Source: Hydrolagus colliei (Eukaryota). Taken from it: a stretch of 64,000 bases of DNA. The DNA is taken from the NCBI GenBank assembly GCA_035084275.1, contig CM068745.1, forward strand, positions 33,294,001-33,358,000, read 5' to 3'. Shown piece by piece: positions 53,433 through 64,000 of the stretch (the stretch's first letter is position 1; each line of letters starts with the position of its first letter). The notes under the pieces are model-generated. The model saw only the letters and a program-made list of their open reading frames with translations. It was not told the DNA's origin and ran no database searches. Made by a program: the position numbers and the translations under genes.

Positions 53433-55324
53433 GTTTATTTTTTGTACAACATTTATGTTGGTCCTTGTTTCAACTCAAGTGAATTAGGTAAGCAGGATGC
53501 ATCCTTCCAGGGAGAGACTGCACATTCTATTATAATAATTTATCTCTGAGATATCCATGTGGGATGCATGGAAATCTCTACTTGGTTTGGATACACTTAA
53601 GCATGGTGATAGGTTTCCACATCTGTCAGGCACTCAGCTGACAAAAAACAACATTAGTGCCATTGTTGAAGAGTTTTCGTGCTACCTTGCATTTTAACTC
53701 TGATTGCATCAAAGGGGAGAATATAGGTGACTGTTAAAAAAGAAAGAGAAATTACATAAAACATGAAAGGGGAAAGGAGAGAAAGGCATTAAAGCTAGTG
53801 TTGGCCAATAAGAAAAAAAGAAAGTCAAGATAGCAAAATAGACTAAAGCAGGGAACAGATGAAGAGACAATTGTTTTTCATTAGGGAGAGTGAAATGGCA
53901 GAGTAAATGGACTGCACAGAAACAAACCCCTTGAGAATGAATGCAAATCTCTCAAATCAGTAAATCCTAAGAATCTGTCCCAATTAATTTTATAGCCAAA
54001 GAGATAACTAAATTATTTACTTAATGGAAGAAGATGAGAATCATCCATATGCATATATGCAGATCATGATGATTAATCAGTACATGATTTTTGTAAGAGA
54101 TATTATAGATTCCTATGTTCCTCAGCGCAAAGTGAATTGCTTCCGTAATAAATCAAATAGAATGAGAGACTTTGTTCAGTGGTGATGTTTGCCTAAGGAT
54201 CATTATGTAAGCTGTAAATCCTTCAAAATGGAATCCGTTGCCAAATGTGGTATCATCCAAGTTCAGTTGGTAGTGTTGTGATCCGCTGCATAACTGAATT
54301 ATGTATATATTTTAACATATGCAGGTGAAAGCACTCTTTTAATTAATGGTTAGAAATATTTATGTTGCCTAGAAAAATGTCAAGATGACTTGTTTATTGC
54401 ACGTGAAGGTTGTTGAAAATGTTCTTCAACAATTCATGTTTTTGTTGAAGATGTTTTTCTATAACAATTCAAGTTTTTAAAGCCGCTCATGTTTTTCTAT
54501 TACAATTCTTCAGGTTCATATAACAATTTTGCAGATTATAACCTTAGTGTTTAATGTGAGATAATTACTTCAAGGACATAACAATGGAAAGATTTTATAT
54601 TCCAATCCTGACTGTGGAACGATGTATGGCTGATCTATACTTTGTTCAGTCTAGGACAGAGCATATAAGGTGCTGTCCAAAAAGAGCCATCTTTTGTGTA
54701 AAAATTTGAAGTGGTGAAGCAAATGTGTTATCTTTGGGGTTAAATTCTGTCAGACTTGAACTGTTCCATCATTTCATCAGCTTTTGTCAGCGTGTATGCT
54801 TGGGACGTATAAATGTAATTTTATTGTTGTTGTTTTGTTGATTCTAGCAATTTCAGGAAGACAGAAAACTGCAGAGCTAACATAACGGCTAAACTCATTT
54901 CGAAAGTAATGGGAGGAGAAGAATGCAATGTACAACAACTACCAAGTAAAGTACACAGGTCAGCTGTACACCATCGAAGGTTCAACTTTGACTTTGTACC
55001 AAGCAAGAGGTTTCTGGTCTAAATCAAGAAACTGTTCGTTTGATACAAGACTTTTGCTTGCCTTTTGTGAATTTTACCAACTGACTCCATCAAAGAAGCA
55101 GAGATTCATATGGTTTATGGATTGAACAATTATCACTTTTATTACTTTAATATGGATATTTATGTATTTGATTAACCTGTTTGGATGCATTGTGAAAATT
55201 TAGCATTTCTTCTTAATTAAAAAAAATGTCAAAGCTTGAGCTGCCTGTTTTCTGGTCCTTTAATAAAAGTGTGCTAAAAAGAATAGGTTTGTCTTATTTT
55301 GTTCATTGCCCAGAACCTAACATT

Positions 55325-56375
55325 AGCACTCTTGTTTCTGAGTCAAACATTTGTGGGTTCAAGCTAGGGTCCATCGATATAGAAATTTTCCGATTTAGAT
55401 ATATTGATGGGCTCATATCGAGATATACTGAAATATCGATATTTTCGGGTTTTTCGTACTGCGCATGCGCGCGTGGCGGGTGCGCGCACGTTCCGGGTGC
55501 GCGCGCATTCAAGGCCTATCTCCTCAGGAGGTAAATATCTTTCTCTCTCTGTGTCTCTCACTCTCTCCATCTCTGTGTTTTTCTGTCTGTGTCTCTCTCC
55601 TCTCTCGCATCCCCCCCATCTCTATCTATCAGTATATTATCACATCCACCCCGTCTCTCCCCCCCCTCCCCCCGCCGCCGTCCCTCTCTCCTCCCGCCGC
55701 CATCCCTCTCTTGCACCCCCCACCCCCATCGTCTCTCTCCCCCCCCCCCACCCCCCCAGCCGTCTCTTTCCCCCTTCCCCCCACAGCCGACTCTCTCCCC
55801 CTCCCCCCAGCCGTCTTTCTCCCCTTCCCCCCCCAACCGTCTCTCTCCCCCTCCCCCCAGCCGTCTCTCTCCCCCTCCCCCCCCCCCCCCCCCCAGCCAT
55901 CTTTCTCCCCCTCACCCCCCCCCTTTTCGACTTTTCGATATATCGATATTTTTGAAATGCCTATATCGGCGTATCTATATGAAAATTATATCGGGTTTTA
56001 GCGATATATCAATATATTGCCGGACCCTAGTTCAAGCCTACATTGGGTCTTACCCATATAGTATTTGCTGACACTCCAATACAGTGCTGGGATTGTTATA
56101 CTGGAGGTGTCATCATTCAGATGTAACTAAGGCCTGCCTGCCTATTCAGCTGGACATTTAAGATCCTGTAGCACTATTTGGAAACAAGGAGGTTTCTCCT
56201 AGTGCCCAAGCTAACACTCTCCAGATAAAAATGGCTATTCATTTTGTAGCTGTTTTGAGACACTGCTCTATGTAAATTGTCTGCTGCATTCACCTACAAA
56301 TATACACTTTGCAGTAGAAAATACTTTGAGGTGTCTTGAAGGCAAGGATTAAATGCAAGGATTGTTATTATTTAT
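55325..56375 (+). mobile_element. Old Deu-domain SINE (SacSINE1-like) split by MITE copy 3
   Basis: agcactcttgtttctgagtca...gtgggttcaagc before the MITE; gctgacactccaatacagtgctg...agatcctgtagcactattt after it. Confidence 0.65.
55365..56029 (-). mobile_element. hAT MITE copy 3 (opposite orientation) with internal C-rich tandem array
   Basis: TAGGGTCCATCGATAT...GCCGGACCCTA; perfect 8-bp TSD GTTCAAGC at 55357-55364 and 56030-56037. Confidence 0.92.
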
Positions 56376-58029
56376 TAGATTAAAATGGTAGGATTCATTG
56401 TAAAATCTTAAATTCTCATATTCTCAGGACCAGGTTATAAAGCTACTGCCAATGGAGTATATAAAGCTATTGTATTACAGTACTTCGTCCAGTTACCGAG
56501 AATTACGTGAGGTAAACTGGAGATGTTCAAGTCTAACTTAGAGTAATTCTGGCAAATTTGGAAATACCTGATGTGTATTAGGTTAACTGGCATTCCTAGT
56601 GCATTCCTTTATTTGGACTTATCTTTAAGTGCTTTGTATGTTCTCCTAAAGTGTAAGATGCTACATAAATGTAATTTGTTTTACAACACCCTTAACCTTC
56701 AAAACATTGAACAACAAAATAAATATTTGAATTTCTTCCATACCATCTATTTAATTTATGTACGACGATTAGAAATTTTATCAATTTCCTTTATATTTGC
56801 TACCTGGCCATGTACCTCAGTATCTTCAGCAACTATAATACAAGAAATACATATCTCAATATTGTTCATGAATTACATAAATACCAGATGACCTAAGGTA
56901 GAGCATATGGAAGTCCAGACCCCACTGCCCCTAGACAAAGCCTCTTACATTCATCATCAACTTCTGCTTTCTATTCAAAGCAGTTTTTAACCTGATTGCC
57001 TACTGTGTTATTAATTATGAAACTCTATGTTCCTTAAAAGCCTCACATAAGTAACGCAAGCTGACAAAGACTATTTCTTGTCACATTGTCACTCCCTCCA
57101 AACTGGCCGATCAAATGCCAAGGTTTGAAAAACTCTTCAAAATGTTTTTTTCAGTTTCAATTTTGCCTAAGATTTAGAATGTGGAAATTTAGACACAATT
57201 AAAGATTACGCAGTGAATTGAACCTTGAGTCATGTTGTGCTGTTGATTTTACTTTGTGTAAAATTACTATTTTCAGCATCATTACACTAATTTTGAAATT
57301 GCAATAAGTGCACAATATAGTAATATTCAAGTTAAACTCTATTGATGTGAATGACACCGGTGAGCACCATTTGTGTCACTCTTGGAATTTTTATGCTGGT
57401 TTGAACAAGGCATCATTAAAATGAGGGGCACGGTAAAAAAGACAAAGGAAATCCAAGCAGCACCTCAAATGTCTTGTTTGCTTTGCCTTTCCCCAACCCT
57501 GTTAGTTCTTAAAAACCTTTCCATCTCAACATGCCCCAGGCCTGAAATATTTGTGTGAGGTACTTTGCAACATTCTACTGGCTTAAAGGGATGCTTGTAT
57601 AAATGTAAATTGCTGCTGTTGGTTATAAGTGATACTTATGATTTGGAAGCTGAAGGGGAAAATGCATCATATTTAATATTCAGATTGGGTATTTATGTGA
57701 ATGGCACAAGCAAGAATCATCTGTGTCAGTCTCATTACCACCAGGAAAACTGGATAAAATATCACATTAATAAATTGACATAAGAAAACTGAACACAAAT
57801 TCTTCTTCAAGTATGTATACACAGATAATATTTGCTATGCAGCCATTCTAATGTTTCAATTTGAAAATATATAGCAAATGTTGATATATCCAATTGAAAA
57901 ATAAATAAGTTGTAAGAAATATACTTTGCAATGGAACAACTACAACAACTTGCATTTATATAGCAGCCTTCACGCTGGGAGTATTCCAGAGCACTCAGAA
58001 AGAGGCACTAGATGATGGGAAACAAAAAC

Positions 58030-58810
58030 AGAAGTCGCGAGAAACACTCATCAGGCCGGGTAGCAACTATGGAGGGAGTACAATCAGTTAATGTTTCATT
58101 ATACAATAGAAAGAAAAGATGTGTCTGAGACCCAGAGAATGTCTAATTGGTTATAGAAGAGGGGAATGGGAAGAGACAAGGCTGAGAGAAGAGTTGTGGT
58201 TAAGGTCTGAAGTGATTTAAAATTAATGTTGAGGCCAGAGGGCTGAAAGGTGCTAGGAGATAGTTGAGGTGCTATTCTTCAAGCTTGCATTGGAATAGCG
58301 TAGGAGATCATTGACAGAGAGGTCAGAATGGAAGTGGGGAGGAGAATTAAGGTGGTAAGTGACCAGAAGCTCATGCAAATGTAATGTTGGTGTTTGGCAA
58401 CGCGATCACCCAATCTGTGTTTGATCTCCCCGATGTAGAAGAGAACACTTGGTGAGCAACAAACATAGTATATATATACAGTACTAGGTTAGTGAAACTA
58501 CATGTAAATCATTATCTTACCCAGAAACAGTGTTTGTGGTGGCGGACAGTGGTATGGGAGAAGGTGAACGGGAAAGTGTTGCATTTTATGCGCTGACATG
58601 GGAAGGTGCCGGAGCAGGTGTTATTGGAGTTGACAAGGGAATCCTGGGATGGAAGCTGGAAGCAAAATTAATGATATTTTCCAGCTCATGGCAAGAGCAG
58701 GAAGCAACACCAACATCGTCATCAATGTACCACAAGAATAGGTCAGGGAGGGAACCTGAGTAGGACTGGATCAAAGATTGTTCAATGTATCCTAACCAAA
58801 AAAGGCATCA
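58030..58810 (-). mobile_element. Decayed, internally deleted Penelope-like element
   Basis: LFLWYIDDDVG (RT YIDD motif) then FTCSFTNLV..CCSPSVLFYIGEIKHRLGDRVAKH (GIY-YIG endonuclease pattern). Confidence 0.75.
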
Positions 58811-59639
58811 CTAGATGATGGGAATTTGTTTATTGTAGTTGAATGAAATTTTAGCACTTTCTGTGGTAGAAGAAAGTTCAGTTATCTGTTGCACTTCCAG
58901 TTAATTGTAGCCCAAAGGATTGTCAGTCCAAGGAAATGATAAAGAACCTTTTGAAGGGCTTCCCAAGTGTAATAATGTTCAATGAGGGATCAAATAGAAT
59001 GAAACTTTGTTACTGTAGATTTGACATGTTGCTTGGAGATGCGCAGGAGAGAAACTCCATCTGGGTCTAGATTTGCTTCATTAAAAAATGAATAAAATAT
59101 GATTAACATGCTGTGGACATGATGCGTCTGTTGCCAGATCTAAATTTGGCAGCAGTAAGCAAGGGCCAATAGAACTATTCATGATATGTTGAGATACTCA
59201 GATTCCACAGCTATGGAGCACTGAAAAGAAAAAATGAAAGATCAGATATTAACTGGATGTGTGCAAAAAAATATTGAAACAAGGGGTTAAGTATGGAGAC
59301 AGCTGCACAAACTACCTTGGGAGAAATGTTAAAAAATCTATATCCTGCATATATCACATGCAGGATATAGAGGAAGATGATAAAACAATATGGAGATAGA
59401 TGAACCCACTAAATACAGGAATTGGAATGACTCAGATGAATATGGAATTAAGCATATATACAGGCCAAGATGGAGAGATACACAAATAAGGCTGTGTATA
59501 GTTTCCCATTGGTAAAGGTGAGGGATATAAAAGTAAGGGTAAATGAAATAAGAGGGGAGAGAGTTGATCACATGTGGTTTTACATGTGGAGATAAATTTA
59601 CCTTTCATACAGGGTAATGTCTCATTACTTAACATGGGT

Positions 59640-60010
59640 ATAACTTGACAACAAGCCAAGAAGTGGTAGGTGACTGTAGGCACTATTAAAGGCTGGCAAG
59701 GGCGAAGTGAAAGCACTGAGGTAGGAAGTTTCAGGGCCTTGTGGCTGAACACACAACTGCTGATGGAACAGATGGAATGAGGGACTTTCAGAAGGATGGA
59801 GTTGGCTGAGCAAAGAGTGTGGTTTAGATGAGTGGAGTATAAATAGGTTGTGAGGTAGGGGATTGCTAGAGCTTCAAGTGATTTGTAAGTGTGTAAGTGA
59901 AGATCTTATAACTAATCTGTTCTGCAATGTGGAGCCTAGCAAGAACTGGATTGATGCGAGTGTAGATTGTGGTGCGGATGAGAATATGGATGGTGTAGTT
60001 CTAAATCTAT
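59640..60010 (-). mobile_element. Highly decayed L2 fragment
   Basis: Similarity to the 3' region of the other L2 copies in this window. Confidence 0.5.
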
Positions 60011-60100
60011 TAGATTTTAGTGGTGGTGACTACTAGTCTTTTTTAAACAAAAATCCTGGTTTTATCCTGAATTAACAAGGTATATTTTGCTCTGAATATC

Positions 60101-60181
60101 TGATTCCGCAAGTGCTACGAATACCAAAGTGAAGAAATTCAATGAAGCGTGGGTAAACAGCAGGAGTAATAATGACTATTC
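60101..60181 (+). pseudogene. 28S rRNA fragment ending just before the R2 insertion site
   Basis: caaagtgaagaaattcaatgaagcgtgggtaaacagcaggagtaataatgactattc versus canonical caaagtgaagaaattcaatgaagcgcgggtaaacggcgggagtaactatgactctcttaagg. Confidence 0.9.
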
Positions 60182-61050
60182 CCATCGGAAGAGATGACTG
60201 AAGAATTTAGTGATGCTTTTGCTGGGGTTTAATACCGTCAAGATGAAAAGGGGAGTAGAATTTTGCACGTGATTGCCTCCTCCACACCAAGACCACTTGG
60301 TAGCCTTGCTAAAAACTGGCACGCCATTAATGTCAGGTTGATGATCTGGTGGATCTAAGGGAAGGTCACTCTGTCAAAAACCAGGAGAAGAAAAACTCCT
60401 GCAACAAACCACTTACCATTCCCAGGTGCTCTCGAACATGCATCACCTGATGACCACTCAACATATGTGTGGGAGCCTGGTAGCACCTCTGTGCTGCAAA
60501 ATGTGTGGGTGATGGTTCGGGGATGCATTTGTCTACTGACCTGCTGCATAAAATCCTGTACCCTTCTTGGAACAGACAAATCCCTCCCTAACAAGTCTGG
60601 AAGCCACATCTGTGGCCGCCGTGAGTAATGCAGAGCTCACAACATGGAGAGTCCCTTAGATACTCATTCACTGTGTGCCCTGAATGCTCATGTGCATTCT
60701 CCAGCACCGGTGGCTTGGGTATGTTACTATCGTGTTGCACATTGGCCAAATTTCACTGAAACAAATTACCCATCCAAATCAAAGTCAGGTGGGCTGACAA
60801 GGTGGTCAACCTTATGGCCCTTCATGAAGCCTGCCACTAAGAACATTACTCAAGTCCTCCTCCAACTCCACAGGTGTGGAGGATATCGAGGGAAGGCTCT
60901 GGAGACTAACTGTATCAAACATTTGCAGGTTTTAATGCTTGCAGCAGACCTGGATCTCCAATCATACCCCATTGTTACAGTCTTACCCATTATCAGTACA
61001 GCTGTCATCTCAAACTTCCTGCTCCTTTCACCACTGCATTCTGCACTGCA
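60182..61050 (+). mobile_element. R2 retrotransposon 5' region (5' UTR, C2H2 zinc finger, Myb domain), decayed
   Basis: 60676 onward: CPECSCAFSSTGGLGM..YRVAH (zinc finger with local frameshifts), IKVRWADKVVNLMALHEA, KNITQVL, VEDIEGR (Myb-like). Confidence 0.8.
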
Positions 61051-61051
61051 T

Positions 61052-61380
61052 ATAATAATAATCCTTGCATTTGATATAGTACCTTATCAAATCTTCAAGA
61101 TGTCTCAAAGTGCTTCACAGAGTATACTGTGAATGTATATTTTGTGGGCAAAATGCACAGTCAATTGAGCACAGCAATTGACTTCAGTGTCCCACAAATA
61201 GTGGATTGGGTGACCAAATTATTATTTAAAAACTTTTTTAAAAGGGATTATTATCCCCAGAGAAATTATACCCAAGTCGCTGAACTACTTACTGCTAGGT
61301 AAATAGAGGTGTGTGGAGTCATATACCTAAGTAGATCATAGGCTAAGAGTGACAACCTAGCTCTCCCTACAGATAGTAAT
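61052..61380 (-). mobile_element. SINE with variant 5' region inserted in the R2 relic
   Basis: Family tail at 61052; upstream acacctctatttacctagcagtaag motif shared with the copy at 12690-12975. Confidence 0.7.
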
Positions 61381-61454
61381 ATTGGTCCAAAACTGATCCA
61401 ATTGCTTTCAAAAACTTAGCCTTCAAAAGCGTTTGCATTTCACCGCTCAAACGT

Positions 61455-62068
61455 TATGCCTCTAACACCTGCCCTGATGATTTTGAGTTTATGCAGTTAA
61501 TCCTAGAGGGGGAGATCAAGACCAGCATTTGATTGTGGGGCAAGCCTAATGCTGATCCAATATGCGAATTGGGGTGTGTGTAGATCCTACAGAATACTGG
61601 CACAAATATCTCAGTTGTGCTTCTGGGCACATGTTATTTGGGACTAGAGGCAAGACCAGGTCTACAGATTTATTGCCCAAATGCTGAGAGAGAAGGATTT
61701 CAGGTTATGGTTTATCCCGCTAGCCTTACACCCGTGGGCATTAGCAAACCTGACAACATGGCAAAGACAATCATACATGGGTTGGATGGCCAAGTCATGG
61801 CTGATAATGCATATCTCCTCACTGTACACAATAATAATATTTATTGCAATTATTAAAGTGCTTTTCACATCTTCTAAATAATGTCACACATAATTAATGC
61901 TCCCACAGTCAGGCAGCGGATTTTTACCACCTTCCCTAATATGAGGAGAGGGGCATCTTATTCTCCCCCATTACTTTGAAATGGAGGAACTACAACCGCT
62001 GAAACCTGAACAGATTGCAAGTGACTTTGGTGGTCATGCATAGTGACAGCACATTTCGATCCTTCAAG
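61455..62068 (+). mobile_element. R2 retrotransposon 3' region (CCHC knuckle and restriction-like endonuclease), decayed
   Basis: CELGC...LAQISQLC..AH...RQDQVYRFIAQMLREK, then GFQVMVYPASLTPVGISKPDNMA...LDGQVMADNAYLLTVH, matching the R2 CxxC/HxxxxC, RHD, EP..KPD and DAQVV motifs. Confidence 0.8.
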
Positions 62069-62069
62069 T

Positions 62070-62328
62070 GGAGTCCCGTAGCATATTGGTTAGAGTACTC
62101 GCCTCGTAAACAAGTTGTTAGTCGATAGGTGGATCACTTTTCCAGGAGGTAATAATCCCGTAAAAATAATTGGTCACTGAATCCATGACTGTTTGTGAGA
62201 TACTGCTGTGCACAATTGGTTGCTGCGTTTCATCCCCCCAAAAATAAGCATAATCTGGGAAATGCTTTGAGACATTTCAAAGACACAGTAAAGCGCTATA
62301 TCAAATGTAAGGATTATTATATCATTAT
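62070..62328 (+). mobile_element. tRNA-derived SINE (internally deleted)
   Basis: ggagtcccgtagcatattggttagagtactcgcc head; aagcgctatatcaaatgtaaggattattat tail. Confidence 0.85.
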
Positions 62329-62460
62329 ATGTTGGCTCTTCCTATTACTATGCAGCAGTATTCACCAAGTGTTGGACTGTTCATGCACTGATTGAGAATG
62401 TGACCTGGGATTAGACTGTCATGCACAGGTTACCTTCAACCTACTGAAGATTATGTGTAA
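62329..62460 (+). pseudogene. 28S rRNA fragment from downstream of the R2 site
   Basis: gttggctcttcctattactatgcagcagtattcaccaagtgttggactgttca...ctgggattagactgtcatgcacaggtta...cctactga versus 28S gtcggctcttcctatcattgtgaagcagaattcaccaagcgttggattgttca...ctgggtttagaccgtcgtgagacaggtta...ccctactga. Confidence 0.85.
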
Positions 62461-64000
62461 TGCTGAAAGACAATCCAAATGACCAGTGCAGACCAGTATT
62501 TAATTTGCTAATAAATAGTTTAATAAATGAGCTATTTTAGTCTGTAACACTTTTTAATGCTTCGTTAAGAAATAATAGAAAAATAAAATACAGCAATAAG
62601 TAACTTGTACCTTGTACAAAAATCTCTTTACATCATTGCTCAGCAGATATTTGCCATACAGTATATTCTGTGGGAATAAATGTTCTAAATTCAGATAATA
62701 CCTTTTTTCTCTCTGCTTCCAGCTTGGAAGAACTGAGCACTCCAATTACAATTAAGTCTAGGCATGCTGGTACATTACAGAAATTTACATTGACTGGAAT
62801 TTTGTTTAATCAACAAAAACTGTTGGTCCCCACATTGCTTTGTTCTGTCTAACATTTAGAAAAGTTTATTAGAGATCAACTAACAATTCTTACAAAGCAT
62901 AAAATGCTGGCAAACATTTGTGAAACATTATTGTTGACCCAAAGGGAATAGAAGTGACTCAGAAAGCAATGGAGTGCCAGACAATTGGACACTTGAGGTC
63001 ACCTCTGCGGCCAGCATAATATAGTTCATCCACACAGATGAAAAGCTGCAGTCAGAAATGTCTACTCTTCAGTTTAGCTAGTTTTAGAAATAGTTTCTTC
63101 ATTTTGATGAGCAATCATTTTGGCTGCAGTTTGAACCTAGGGATTCAACTTTGAATTTTTTCCAGAACAATGAGAAACAGTTTCCAAGAAATTATATGTT
63201 CACATATTTTGGCTCAAGGGTACGCTAAAGATAATTGAAGAATGTTAATTATTTGGCGTTCTTACTGAATTGTAAGCTGAGTATTCTGAAAATTTCTGTT
63301 AGAGCATTACAATTACATTATAAATATAAAACATTCTTTTTTTGCTCAGACGAATGAATAATTCCACAGAATTGAGTGTGTTTGAAGTGTGTTCAAGTGT
63401 GTTTGAAGCGCTCTGCGACGCCGTCCGGCGTGGAGGGTGCTATATAAATTGAAGTTGCTGTTGTTGTTGTTGTTGTGTTAACATCAGCAGTATTAAATAG
63501 CTATCAATTGGATCTTGTTTGTCAGGTTGCGAACTGGTTTGAGAATCGTGAATCCTGAAACTGAGGCTGACTCTCCAGAGTATTGACACCAACTCGGCTC
63601 CCATTTCTGTGAAGGAGGATTATGCCTATTGGAGGTTCCTGACATACAGTAAGAAATTGGTGAAAAGATTTGGGAGTTTGATTGAGTTCTCGGAGGATGG
63701 TTGAAAACATCTGGGTACCTGTGGGAATCACTGAGCTACCTCCCGACGTGAAAGGCGGTCTATAAATGTAATTTTGTTGTTGTTATATATAAATCAATGT
63801 GTGAATTTGGCAAATGAGACCCCCATCAATCAGAAAGCTTATACTAAATCAGAAGTGAGAACCATTGATGGTGCACAGGTGGGTCTTCAAGTCCCACAGC
63901 ATCAACAGTGACTATGCTCCTGGGGAAGAGGTAAGCAGGGTCTGCTTGGATCTGAACCAGCTTCAAGGTAACATGTTTGGCAAATGGATATCAGAATTGA

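Noticed and set aside
54848-55125. Short + strand ORFs after a (GTT)n tail
   Set aside because: No recognisable protein; the apparent acceptor derives from the LINE tail.
55404-56071. Pro/Ser-rich ORFs of 160-183 aa
   Set aside because: Translations of the C-rich array inside MITE copy 3.
38700-64000. EPHA6 terminal exons expected upstream of ARL6 from vertebrate synteny
   Set aside because: No SAM-domain or kinase-coding exon was recognised on either strand; it probably lies beyond the window.

Overview
Eukaryotic (vertebrate) genomic DNA with assembly gaps; the repeat content (tRNA-Ala SINEs sharing an L2 tail, Deu-domain SINEs, L2/CR1/Penelope LINEs) suggests a cartilaginous fish, possibly a chimaera (inference). 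No prokaryotic systems or CRISPR arrays are present. The minus strand carries a complete ARL6/BBS3 coding sequence (7 constitutive coding exons, 186 aa) plus a 13-nt frameshifting microexon giving a BBS3L-like 198-aa isoform. Downstream of it lie the first three coding exons of a probable CRYBG3 (vlAKAP). The presumed ARL6 promoter is a small CpG-rich core buried between G-rich minisatellites. The most striking non-genic finding is a decayed, collinear [28S flank - R2 retrotransposon ZF/Myb - R2 CCHC/RLE - downstream 28S] unit lying outside the rDNA at ~60.1-62.5 kb. Also notable are a hAT-like element with a 5-bp TSD that carries an antisense RTE fragment fused to a transposase tail, and three copies of a hAT MITE, each inserted in a SINE. 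All family assignments are from remembered motifs read by eye; no searches were run.
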